Shown here: one piece after another, positions 8,433 to 16,721 of the stretch
Layout of the letters: the number at the start of each line of letters is the position of its first letter
How positions within the stretch are numbered: the stretch's first letter is position 1
IMG/VR virus record: IMGVR_UViG_3300027819_000039
Location: 1-34,344 of that record
DNA: 34,344 bases
Reading direction: 5' to 3' (one strand)
DNA from: a virus
Taxonomy: Duplodnaviria; Caudoviricetes
The notes under the pieces: generated by a model
What the model was told of the DNA's origin: nothing
Seen by the model: only the letters and a program-made list of their open reading frames with translations
Database searches by the model: none
Program-made: the position numbers and the translations under genes

Positions 8433-8985
8433 CTTCACAGCCATCATCGAACGGCTGATTCACGTCGGCTGGACCATCAAGTGGATGGCTCGTGAATCCA
8501 ATTACTCCGCGTGGGCGATCCGCAAGGTGCGCGGCGGCAAGGGCGAACCTCCGTATGGGCTGGGCGTATGGCTGATCGATCTTGAGTCGAAGGCCGAACG
8601 AGCCGGATTAACCGAATACTGGCTCGCAGGAAAGCGTAACGGCTGCGCGATCAAACGGCCGCCGCGGCTATACATGCGACGCGGATACAGGCACGGGGAT
8701 GTGCAGGTGGTTCCCACCGACACGAGCAGCGTCGACATTGGCTTTTACCTCGACGCACTGGAGGCAAGCGGCCTGCAACCCTGCGCGATCGGCCGATACG
8801 TCGGCACGAGCGACAGCCAGATTTACGACTGGAAACTGCATCGCACGGCAAGTGCCGGCATGCGCGAACGAATGCGTGACCTGTATCGCCGAATGGACAA
8901 CGCCGGCCTGATCCCGCCGCACAAGTCCCGCGAAAGCGCCCATTGCGAAAGCACGCACATGTATTTTCTGGGAGTTTCTCTTTGA
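8416..8985 (+). CDS. Hypothetical protein with two possible helix-turn-helix repeats
   Basis: GWTIKWMARESNYSAWAIRKVR and GLQPCAIGRYVGTSDSQIYDWK resemble Xre/Cro-type HTHs; coupled to both neighbours. Confidence 0.55.
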   Translation: MPRKRDFTAIIERLIHVGWTIKWMARESNYSAWAIRKVRGGKGEPPYGLGVWLIDLESKAERAGLTEYWLAGKRNGCAIKRPPRLYMRRGYRHGDVQVVPTDTSSVDIGFYLDALEASGLQPCAIGRYVGTSDSQIYDWKLHRTASAGMRERMRDLYRRMDNAGLIPPHKSRESAHCESTHMYFLGVSL

Positions 8986-9671
8986 TCCAACACCAAGGCA
9001 TCTGGCTGCCCGACAACGAGCGCGAGCAGATCGAGTGGATGAACAAGCACGGCGAGCTCGTCAACGGGCGCGGCACGTACCAGATCAAGAAGCTGCGCGC
9101 GGCGATGGAACACGTCAAGCAATTCCGCACCGCGGTCGATGTCGGCTCGCACGTCGGGTTCTGGTCGATGCACCTGGCGCCGAAGTTTGCGCATCTGCAC
9201 GCCTTTGAGCCGATCGCCGAGTATAGGGAGTGCTTCCTGCGCAATCTGCATCCTCAGCTCTCCGCGGGAATCGATGTCGCGCTCTACGATTGCGCGCTCG
9301 GGAACAAGTCCGGCCAGGTCACGCTGTCGCGCAATCCGACGGTGTCGGGGGACACCTGGATCCGCCCGGAGAGATACCCGGTCGCGGCCGGTCGCGTCGA
9401 CGAGGGCGGTGTCAACATGCGAACGCTCGACAGTTTCGAGCTGCGCGACGTGGATTTCCTCAAGGTCGATTGCGAAGGGTACGAGTATTTCGTGCTGCTC
9501 GGTGCCGCGGACACGCTCGCCCGCTGCAAGCCCTGCGTGATCGTCGAGCAGAAACGGGATATGGCCGCGAAGTTCGGGCTGGCGCCGCAGCAGGCGTGCC
9601 GGTTTCTGGAGAAGCTCGGGGCGCAGCCGCGTTGCGAACTGGGCGGCGACTTCGTTTACTCCTGGGACTGA
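8982..9671 (+). CDS. FkbM-family methyltransferase
   Basis: Motifs TAVDVGSHVG, HAFEP, CALG, RTLDSF and DFLKVDCEGYE; TTGA overlap start. Confidence 0.92.
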   Translation: MIQHQGIWLPDNEREQIEWMNKHGELVNGRGTYQIKKLRAAMEHVKQFRTAVDVGSHVGFWSMHLAPKFAHLHAFEPIAEYRECFLRNLHPQLSAGIDVALYDCALGNKSGQVTLSRNPTVSGDTWIRPERYPVAAGRVDEGGVNMRTLDSFELRDVDFLKVDCEGYEYFVLLGAADTLARCKPCVIVEQKRDMAAKFGLAPQQACRFLEKLGAQPRCELGGDFVYSWD

Positions 9672-9673
9672 GC

Positions 9674-9856
9674 ATGGGCGCGTATTGGGGGTTGCTCTTC
9701 GCGTGGCTCGGTACGGCGTGGGGTCCAGCTTCGACATCAGAATCTTTCGATGTCCGCGCGTTTATCGCCTCCATCATCCTTACGGGGATCGTGATGATCC
9801 TCTGGGGCGCAGTATTTCATTGGTGGCCACTTGGCGTTCACCGCGAAGAGGATTGA
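9674..9856 (+). CDS. Small membrane protein (two hydrophobic segments)
   Basis: 60 aa, MGAYWGLLFAWLG...FIASIILTGIVMILWGAVF; fills the gap between genes exactly. Confidence 0.6.
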   Translation: MGAYWGLLFAWLGTAWGPASTSESFDVRAFIASIILTGIVMILWGAVFHWWPLGVHREED

Positions 9857-9858
9857 AC

Positions 9859-10464
9859 ATGATCCGAGTCGTCACCGCTCCAGCCGTCTACCCGGTCACG
9901 CTGGCCGAGGCGCGGCTATGGTGCAAGGCGTTCGACGACATCACGGCGGACGACTCGATCCTGACCATCCTGATCGCCGCGATGACGGGCTATGCCGAGC
10001 ATCGGACCGGGCGGGCGTACGTCGAGCGCACGCTCGAGCTGAACCTCACCGGGTTCAAGAGCTGCATCGAGCTGCCCTGGCCGCCGCTGATCGGCGTGGA
10101 CTCGGTGACCTACGTTAACACGAGCGAGCAAATCGCAACGGTATCGAGCGCAGAGTACGAGGTCGATGCGGTGAGCGAACCCGGCCGCTTGCGGCCGCTT
10201 GCGACAAAATCGTGGCCATCGGTCGGGACGCTATTCAACCCGGTGCGGATCCAGTACCGGGCCGGATACGTTCCCGCGGCGTCGCCCACCGATCTCACCG
10301 ACAACAGCTACCTGCCGGGACACTTGCGGATCTGGATGCAGGCGCGCATCGCAACGCTCTACGGCAACCGCGAGCAGATCATCGATGGCCGCGATGTCGA
10401 GATCCCGCGCGATTTCGCCGATGGCCTGCTCGACTCCCTCGTCGTCGGGACGCGGTTTTTCTGA
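9859..10464 (+). CDS. Head-tail connector (adaptor; gp6/gp15-like, phiE125 gp8 type)
   Basis: Motifs PAVYPVTLAEARLW, AEHRTGRA, IQYRAGY and IATLYGNRE; GAGGA RBS. Confidence 0.92.
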   Translation: MIRVVTAPAVYPVTLAEARLWCKAFDDITADDSILTILIAAMTGYAEHRTGRAYVERTLELNLTGFKSCIELPWPPLIGVDSVTYVNTSEQIATVSSAEYEVDAVSEPGRLRPLATKSWPSVGTLFNPVRIQYRAGYVPAASPTDLTDNSYLPGHLRIWMQARIATLYGNREQIIDGRDVEIPRDFADGLLDSLVVGTRFF

Positions 10465-10471
10465 ATCTGAA

Positions 10472-10607
10472 TTCGACCGGCCGGGCTCCCTGCGACAGCG
10501 CCCGCCTCACCAGCGGAGGACATTTTGACGAACCTGCAGCACTCATCCGGAAAGGACTGTGCGAGAGGGGAATCGGATCGCGCCTCGCATAGTAACGGCA
10601 GGTCGAA
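10472..10607 (+). ncRNA. Candidate structured RNA upstream of the GT8-like gene
   Basis: Closing stem TTCGACCgGCCG / CGGCaGGTCGAA, with internal stems ACTGTGCGAG/CTCGCATAGT and CCTC/GAGG. Confidence 0.45.
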
Positions 10608-10610
10608 CCC

Positions 10611-11369
10611 ATGACCGTGGAATGTGAAATCTTCATCGGGTATGACGCCCGCGAGCGCCTCGCCTGGGAGGTCTGCGCCCGCTCGATCACAGCCCATGCC
10701 TCGCTTCCGCCGCCGATCCGGCCGATCTGCATGCAGGCGCTGCAACTGGCGGGCCTGTATCGGCGGCCGACCGTGCGCGACGAGGTCGGAATCCTGACCG
10801 ACGTGATCTCGCGGGCGCCGATGTCAACCGAATTCGCCATCGCCCGGTTCTTCGTGCCGTTTCTGACCCGGGCGCCGTGGGCGCTATTTTGCGACGCGGA
10901 CTTCATGTTCCGAGCCGACATCGCGGAACTGCTCGAGCACGCCGACCAGCGCTACGCCGTGCAGGTCGTGAAGCACGCGGATTATGTTCCACGGGAAACC
11001 GTGAAGATGGACGACCATCCGCAGAGCGCCTATTCGCGCAAGAACTGGTCGAGCTTGGTGCTGTGGAACATGGCGAGCGCCGGAGCGAAGCGGCTGACCC
11101 TGCATGCAGCGAACACGCAGAAAGGGCTCTTCCTGCATCAATTCTCCTGGCTCGAGGCGCACGAGATCGGGGAGCTGCCGGCCGCGTGGAACTGGCTGGA
11201 GGGTACGAGCGATCCGATGATCGAGCCGAAGGCCGTGCATTTCACCCGGGGCGTGCCGGGCATGATCAAGCCGCCTGTGGCCTACACCTCGGAGTGGTGC
11301 GATCACATCTCGCTGGAGCAAGGTTCGCGGCTGCCGCGCTGGCACGCGCAGCGGAAGGCGGCGGCATGA
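10611..11369 (+). CDS. GT8-like / CDI-like nucleotide-diphospho-sugar transferase (GT-A)
   Basis: Motifs IFIGYDARE, STEFAIARFFVP, DxD in ALFCDADF, YSRKNWSS, WNWLEG and AVHFTRG. Confidence 0.88.
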   Translation: MTVECEIFIGYDARERLAWEVCARSITAHASLPPPIRPICMQALQLAGLYRRPTVRDEVGILTDVISRAPMSTEFAIARFFVPFLTRAPWALFCDADFMFRADIAELLEHADQRYAVQVVKHADYVPRETVKMDDHPQSAYSRKNWSSLVLWNMASAGAKRLTLHAANTQKGLFLHQFSWLEAHEIGELPAAWNWLEGTSDPMIEPKAVHFTRGVPGMIKPPVAYTSEWCDHISLEQGSRLPRWHAQRKAAA

Positions 11370-11737
11370 GATCGTCGGACCTCGATCGTCAGATCAGCGT
11401 CGAACGGCGCACGATCACTAAGGACGCGGTCTACGGCGGCAAGGTCGAGACGTGGGTCCCACTCGTGCCGGTCGGGAGCCCGCCCGTTGCGGCGCGCTTC
11501 TGGGCGCAGGTCCAGGACGTGCTGCCGAGTCGCTCAGAATCCGTGCGCCAGGGCCTCGAAGTCGCCCGCGATCAGGTCCGCATCCGAACCAGGTATCGCT
11601 CGGATGTCACTTCGGACATGCGGGTGACGGTGCACGGGGATGCCGATGTCCTCTATCAGATCGTGGGCGGCCCGGCGATGATCGGCCGCAAGGAATGGCT
11701 GGAGATGGTTTGCGAAAGGTACAGGCCAGCACCATGA
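11366..11737 (+). CDS. Head closure protein (SPP1 gp16-like)
   Basis: ATGA overlap; LDRQISVERR, WAQV and RIRTRYRSDVTSDMRV. Confidence 0.9.
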   Translation: MRSSDLDRQISVERRTITKDAVYGGKVETWVPLVPVGSPPVAARFWAQVQDVLPSRSESVRQGLEVARDQVRIRTRYRSDVTSDMRVTVHGDADVLYQIVGGPAMIGRKEWLEMVCERYRPAP

Positions 11738-11877
11738 AAGCAATTCTCCGCTGGCTCGTCCTGCGCGCGCTGCGTGACGATCGCGTGCGAGAGGAAATCG
11801 CTGCGATCATCCGCACGACGCAGCCTTTACCGAGGCATCGGTCGATCTCGACGAACAAGGCACCGGGGGCTCTATGA
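11734..11877 (+). CDS. Small hypothetical protein (47 aa)
   Basis: ATGA overlaps at both ends. Confidence 0.55.
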   Translation: MKAILRWLVLRALRDDRVREEIAAIIRTTQPLPRHRSISTNKAPGAL

Positions 11878-12128
11878 AAATTCGCATCAAGAGCGAAAGC
11901 GGAATGCCGTGCGCAGGGATAATCACTACAGAAGACGGAACAGAGTTGGAGCATATATGCGCCGTAGATATCTCTATCCGCCCGAATGAATCGATCAAAG
12001 CGCGACTTGAATTTACTTTGGTTCCTCTTAGTATCCTGGCAGAGGCTGTAGTAAGCGAGGAACACTTGCGCGAGTTGGCTGCGGCGCATGGCTTCGATCT
12101 GGTGAAGAAAGAGTCGGGGGTGATCTGA
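11874..12128 (+). CDS. Hypothetical protein
   Basis: Translationally coupled at both ends; more AT-rich codons. Confidence 0.65.
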   Translation: MKIRIKSESGMPCAGIITTEDGTELEHICAVDISIRPNESIKARLEFTLVPLSILAEAVVSEEHLRELAAAHGFDLVKKESGVI

Positions 12129-12637
12129 TGGCTGATGTACACGTTACCGGCCTGAAGGAATTGCAGGCGTTTCTCGATCAGGTGCCCGCGAAGATCGAGC
12201 GGAACGTCCTCCGCGGCGGCCTGCGCGCAGGCGCGGCCCAGGAGCTGCTCCCCGAAGTGCAGGCGAACTTGATGGCTGCCGGAGCCGTCAGGACGGGTGA
12301 ATTGATCGCCGGCATCAAGGTGCAAACGAGCGCGCGCGGCGGCAGGGTCACGGCCTCGGTCGTGTCCACCGGCAAGCACGCGTTCATAGCGAAATTTCTG
12401 GAGTATGGGACCAAGGCGCACTTTATCTCAGCGAAAGCCAACGGATGGTTGAGTTTCGGTGGAGTGTTCGCCAAAAAGGTTTGGAACAAGGGAATTCGCC
12501 CGCGTCCGTTTATGAGACCAGCATTGGACCGATCGGGGCAGGCGGCCGTCATTGCTGCTGCTGAGTATATGAAGAATCGCCTATCCTCTCGGACCGGACT
12601 TGATACGAGCGATGTCCTAATTGAGGGGGATTCGTAA
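12128..12637 (+). CDS. HK97 gp10-family neck protein
   Basis: Motifs VTGLKEL, RTGELIAGI, FLEYGT and RPRPFMRPA. Confidence 0.92.
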   Translation: MADVHVTGLKELQAFLDQVPAKIERNVLRGGLRAGAAQELLPEVQANLMAAGAVRTGELIAGIKVQTSARGGRVTASVVSTGKHAFIAKFLEYGTKAHFISAKANGWLSFGGVFAKKVWNKGIRPRPFMRPALDRSGQAAVIAAAEYMKNRLSSRTGLDTSDVLIEGDS

Positions 12638-13369
12638 GTGGCCTTGTCAAAGGAAGAACTCAGACGGCGCAAGAACGCGGCTCGCAACTTGCGCCGCGCG
12701 ACTGACCCCGCTTACGCAAAGAGGGAGGCGGAAAAATCCGCGCGCTATCGTGCCGAGCATCCTGACAAAGCGAAGGCGTGCCAAGCGAATCATTACCGCA
12801 AGAACAAAGCGGTAGTTCGTGCAAAACAAAAAGCGAGTCGCGCAGCGAATCCGGGACCGCACCGTGCTTCCTCAAGGGCATATAGGCGCGAACACAAGGA
12901 TGAGGTTCGCATTTTCCTAAAGCAATATCGCATCGCAAATGCCGCAAGGATCAAGGCGCAATTGGCCGCTAAGTATCTAGCTAACCGTGAAACGCATCTC
13001 GCGAAGTGCGCCGCCAATTACGCCGCAAATCCGGCCCCTGCAAAAGCGCGCACGAAGGCATGGATAGCGGCAAACCCTGACAGGGTGAGAATCACGCACA
13101 TCAATAGACGCGCCAAGAAAAAGATGACCGGGGCCGGTAAACTCTCGCGCGACATCGCCGCCAAGCTGCTGATGCTTCAACGCGGTAAATGCGCCGTCTG
13201 CAGCTGCGACCTTACCAAGGCGAAGTATCACATGGATCACATCGAGCCGCTTGCTCTTGGCGGACCGCACGAGGATTCAAACATTCAATTACTCTGCCCT
13301 CCTTGCAATCAGGCGAAGCACGCGAAGCCGCCAATCGAGTTTATGCAATCCAGGGGATTCTTGCTGTGA
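12638..13369 (+). CDS. HNH endonuclease 1 (free-standing, homing-like)
   Basis: Basic helical N-terminus; CAVC...HMDHIEPLALGG...NIQLLCPPCNQAKH. Confidence 0.9.
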   Translation: MALSKEELRRRKNAARNLRRATDPAYAKREAEKSARYRAEHPDKAKACQANHYRKNKAVVRAKQKASRAANPGPHRASSRAYRREHKDEVRIFLKQYRIANAARIKAQLAAKYLANRETHLAKCAANYAANPAPAKARTKAWIAANPDRVRITHINRRAKKKMTGAGKLSRDIAAKLLMLQRGKCAVCSCDLTKAKYHMDHIEPLALGGPHEDSNIQLLCPPCNQAKHAKPPIEFMQSRGFLL

Positions 13370-14877
13370 GCGGCGTCGCCATCGTCAACGCGATCCTGAG
13401 CGGCACGACCGCCGTCACGGATGTCGTCCTGGCCTCGCGCATCATCACTGGCGACATCCCGCTGGAGACGACGCTCCCGGCGATCTCGGTGATGGAAATC
13501 TCGTCAGTCCAGCGGCTGACCGCTTCGATGGCGGACGCCACGGTCCTGGTGACCGACCGCGTGCAGGTCACGGTTCACGCCTCGACCTACGCGCTGAAGA
13601 AGTCGATTCTCGAACTCGTGCGGCTCGCGCTCAACATGACCGACGGCACGGTCGGCGGAACGCACGTCAACAGCATCCTGCCGGACCTCGCCGGGCCGGA
13701 CTTGGACGATCCGGTCGCCGGGTACTACACGCAATCCCGCGACTTCATCGTCAAATTCACCGGCATCATCGGGGCGGATGCGACGTTCGCTGGCGGCAGC
13801 AGTGCGCTCGTCCTCACCGGCTACATCTACGGCAACGGCGGCGCTCCGCTCTCGGCGAGCACGACGATTCCGGTTGGGGATATTACCGGCCTGGGGACGA
13901 TGGCGACGCAGAACGCGAACGCCGTCGCGATCACGGGCGGCACCGCAACGCTATCGAGTCTCACCGTCCCGCTCGCAATTGGGGGCGGCGCAGTCGGCTC
14001 CGCGCTGGAACTGCGGTCAACCTCGGGCGTCGGCACGACCGATTACATCAAGTTCGCCGTCGGCAACAATGGCGGCACCGAGGCGATGCGGATCATCGAC
14101 TCTGGGAAGGTCGGCATCGGGACGGCCTCTCCCGATAGTCTCCTCTCCGTGCATGGTGCCGGGACTTGGATCGCTGAATTCCTGGGTTCAGCGGCCCCGG
14201 GGTACGGATTCCTCTTTGGCTTCGGCACCAACCTGGGGCGGATTTCCACCAATGGCGGGAGCACCGCGTTATCTCTCGAAATAGATGGCACGGAGAAAAT
14301 GCGGCTGGCATCGAGCGGTAACCTTCTCGTAGGGACTCAGACGGACACGGCCTCCGCTGGCCTAATTCAGCTCGCCACCGGCACCACCGCCGCGAACGGC
14401 ATCGTCGCCGGGACAGATGCGCGGCTTTATCGGGACAGTGCGGCAGGATGGAAGCTGGAAAATAACCTGAAGATCGGCGGCGATCTGACGATTGGAACTT
14501 TGGGAGGTACTCGCTACCTCACCGGGGGTTCCAATGCCAGCACCACGGTGCTGAAGATCGCGGCGGACAGCGCCGGGTCCGGCGGGGGCATATCCCTGTA
14601 CGGAAGCGCCAATCCTACAGCCGCAAACGTTATTTCGCTTACCACGGGCACAATTGAACAAGTACGCATCGCGCATACCGCTTCCGCCGACCGTTATATC
14701 ACGATGACCGGCTCGAACGGCGGGAACCCGACCATCGGTGTCAGCGCAGGATCGCTCGCCATTTCGCCGAACGTGGTCATGGCTGGCTCCCTCACCACAA
14801 ACGGCGGCCTCCAGACCTTCAGCGCGAACGATGCCGCCGGGGCTGGATTTCGCTACGTGCTCGTCCCCAACGCATAA
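13366..14877 (+). CDS. Tail terminator/completion protein (DUF3168-like, ~132 aa) fused to a ~370 aa fibre-like domain
   Basis: GTGA overlap. The N-domain (LPAISVMEIS...RVQVTVHA...SRDFIVKF) continues in frame into GLGTMATQNANAVAITGG and EAMRIIDSGKVGIGT / EKMRLASSGNLLVGT fibre repeats. Confidence 0.8.
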   Translation: MSGVAIVNAILSGTTAVTDVVLASRIITGDIPLETTLPAISVMEISSVQRLTASMADATVLVTDRVQVTVHASTYALKKSILELVRLALNMTDGTVGGTHVNSILPDLAGPDLDDPVAGYYTQSRDFIVKFTGIIGADATFAGGSSALVLTGYIYGNGGAPLSASTTIPVGDITGLGTMATQNANAVAITGGTATLSSLTVPLAIGGGAVGSALELRSTSGVGTTDYIKFAVGNNGGTEAMRIIDSGKVGIGTASPDSLLSVHGAGTWIAEFLGSAAPGYGFLFGFGTNLGRISTNGGSTALSLEIDGTEKMRLASSGNLLVGTQTDTASAGLIQLATGTTAANGIVAGTDARLYRDSAAGWKLENNLKIGGDLTIGTLGGTRYLTGGSNASTTVLKIAADSAGSGGGISLYGSANPTAANVISLTTGTIEQVRIAHTASADRYITMTGSNGGNPTIGVSAGSLAISPNVVMAGSLTTNGGLQTFSANDAAGAGFRYVLVPNA

Positions 14878-14889
14878 GGATCGACCGTC

Positions 14890-15111
14890 ATGCCTACCCT
14901 GAGCATCACTCTTACGACCGATCAGGCCACGCGCGCGCAAGCCGCGATCGGCAAGGTGCTGGGACTGACCAACGGGGGAGGAGCACCGCGCCCGGCCACG
15001 CTCGCCGAGGCGAAGGCTTACGTGATCGACCGGCTCCGTGCGCTCGTGCTGCAGCAGGAAAAAGACACGCAGGTCCGCGCGATACCGGATACGCCGTTCG
15101 ATCCAACCTGA
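14890..15111 (+). CDS. Small hypothetical protein, possible fibre-associated factor
   Basis: AAGGA RBS; directly follows the fibre domain. Confidence 0.7.
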   Translation: MPTLSITLTTDQATRAQAAIGKVLGLTNGGGAPRPATLAEAKAYVIDRLRALVLQQEKDTQVRAIPDTPFDPT

Positions 15112-15125
15112 CGGAGGGGCAGCAC

Positions 15126-15332
15126 TTGGCAACCACCGACACAAGAACCGACGCGGTTCTCGGCTCCCTGGCGCAACAGATCGCACAGGCCGGAGTCGCA
15201 ATCGCGCAGCAGTACGGCGAGATCATCGTGCTGCGCGAGCAATTGGCGGACGCACAGGGAGAGATTGCCAATCTGACGGCGCGATTGAAGGCCGCGGAGA
15301 CGCAGGCGAAACCGGAGCCGCCGACCGTCTGA
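15126..15332 (+). CDS. Small coiled-coil protein
   Basis: GGAGG RBS and TTG start; heptad-like LREQLADAQGEIANLTARLK. Confidence 0.65.
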   Translation: MATTDTRTDAVLGSLAQQIAQAGVAIAQQYGEIIVLREQLADAQGEIANLTARLKAAETQAKPEPPTV

Positions 15333-15396
15333 CCAGCTTCACCGAGCACTACACCGGGCCGCTTTCTAGCGGCCACTAGCGCATCCGATTACGCTG

Positions 15397-15440
15397 TAAA
15401 ATGAGCGAGCCGCAAAGGTGTTGAAGCACCGATGCGGCTC
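15397..15440 (+). promoter_or_regulatory. Putative promoter (-10 TAAAAT) and leader hairpin of HNH 2
   Basis: TAAAAT at 15397-15402, followed by the stem GAGCCGCA-aa-GGTG-ttgaag-CACC-ga-TGCGGCTC. Confidence 0.5.
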
Positions 15441-15474
15441 TAACCACTTCCACGACTTTCGAGGAGTCGCAGCG

Positions 15475-16143
15475 ATGGCTGACGAGATTCTACAGATAAT
15501 CGGGCGCGAGGAAGCAAGGGCGCTTGGACTGAAGCGGTACTTCACTGGTGAGCCGTGTGCACACGGGCACATTTGCCAGCGACAAGTTAAATCCTCCACT
15601 TGTGTTATGTGCTCAAGGGCAGCTACGCGCAAGTGGCGGATTCGCAATCCAGAAAAGATCGCTCGTTACAGAATAATCGACAGGGAAAATCACAAGGCCG
15701 CAGTTGCAAGATGGTATCGGGAGCACAGGGACGAAGTGAATGCAAGGGCAGTAGATTGGCGGAAACGCAATCCCGAGAAAGCTCGAATCTCAAACTTGAA
15801 ATCCGTCAAGAGCGAGAACCATAAAAGGGCGACGAGAAACTGGCGCAAGAATAACCCTGCAATGGTGCGTGTCCACGACGCCAACAAACGGGCGAAGCGA
15901 AAGAAAGCTGAGGGAAAGCACACTCTAAAAGATGTGCTGAGAATTGTAGAACGGCAGAATTGGAAGTGCGCAAATTGCGCCGCATCGGTAAAAAATGGAT
16001 ACCACGTTGATCACGTAATGCCACTGTCAAGAGGCGGGTCTAACTGGCCTTCAAACTTGCAGATACTTTGCCCGCCATGCAACTCAAGGAAGAACGCAAA
16101 ACTCCCGGAAGAATGGGCGAAAGAAAACGGAAAGCTTCTATAA
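15475..16143 (+). CDS. HNH endonuclease 2
   Basis: GAGGAG RBS. N-terminal KRYFTGEPCAHGH...CVMC; C-terminal CANC...HVDHVMPLSRGGSN...NLQILCPPCN. AT-rich. Confidence 0.92.
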   Translation: MADEILQIIGREEARALGLKRYFTGEPCAHGHICQRQVKSSTCVMCSRAATRKWRIRNPEKIARYRIIDRENHKAAVARWYREHRDEVNARAVDWRKRNPEKARISNLKSVKSENHKRATRNWRKNNPAMVRVHDANKRAKRKKAEGKHTLKDVLRIVERQNWKCANCAASVKNGYHVDHVMPLSRGGSNWPSNLQILCPPCNSRKNAKLPEEWAKENGKLL

Positions 16144-16171
16144 GTGATCCGTGAAACGAGCAGTGCCAATG

Positions 16172-16196
16172 GGCCGCTTAAACGCGGCCTTTTTTA
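16172..16196 (+). terminator. Intrinsic terminator after HNH 2
   Basis: GGCCGC-ttaaac-GCGGCC followed by TTTTTT. Confidence 0.75.
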
Positions 16197-16243
16197 TGTT
16201 CCCCGCCGAGCATCCCGCCGCGGCTTCTTAAAAGGAAACAGCC

Positions 16244-16693
16244 ATGTATGAAACTGTCGCCGGCTCGACGCTGGCATGCACTACCTCCGTTCCGGCCACC
16301 TACGATCAGTCGGGCTACAGCGCATCCGCAATGGTCTACACGAACATCGGCGAGATCACCGATCTGCCCGGCGCCGCGGGTCGCAACTACGCCACCGTCG
16401 AGCACGCGCCGATCGACACGCGCAAGCGCAACCGGAAAAAAGGGAGCTACACCCTCTCCGATCTTACCGTCACGATGGCCTGGGACCAGGCCGACGCCGG
16501 GCAGGATCTGTGCCGCGCCGCCGCGTTGGACGATTCGATCCTCACCTTCAAGCTGACCAAGCAGGGCGGCGACGTGCGTTACTTCACCGCGCAGGTCTCG
16601 GGCTTCATCGAGAACATGGGTACGGTGGACAACGTCGTGCAGGGGCAGATGACGCTCCTGCGTCAGCGCGACACCGTTTCCGATCCGGCGTAA
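16244..16693 (+). CDS. Major tail (tube) protein
   Basis: PATYD...IGEITDL...KKGSY...DAGQ...FTAQV; positioned before the chaperone and TMP; AAAGGA RBS. Confidence 0.88.
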   Translation: MYETVAGSTLACTTSVPATYDQSGYSASAMVYTNIGEITDLPGAAGRNYATVEHAPIDTRKRNRKKGSYTLSDLTVTMAWDQADAGQDLCRAAALDDSILTFKLTKQGGDVRYFTAQVSGFIENMGTVDNVVQGQMTLLRQRDTVSDPA

Positions 16694-16721
16694 TCGGGCG
16701 CTTCGCCCACAACCAGCACCG

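Noticed and set aside
2526-9671. GT cluster as a serotype-conversion (gtrABC/oac) or host capsule locus
   Set aside because: No polytopic membrane proteins, flippase or separate promoter/terminator were seen, and the genes are coupled within the late operon. Disfavoured, not excluded.
2526-11369. GT cluster as a DNA hypermodification system
   Set aside because: No hydroxymethylase, TET/JBP, nucleotide kinase or polymerase in the window, and the location is among structural rather than replication genes.
14113-14136. GIGTASPD as another SP acceptor insertion
   Set aside because: GIGTxxP is a generic fibre repeat motif and so is not independent evidence.
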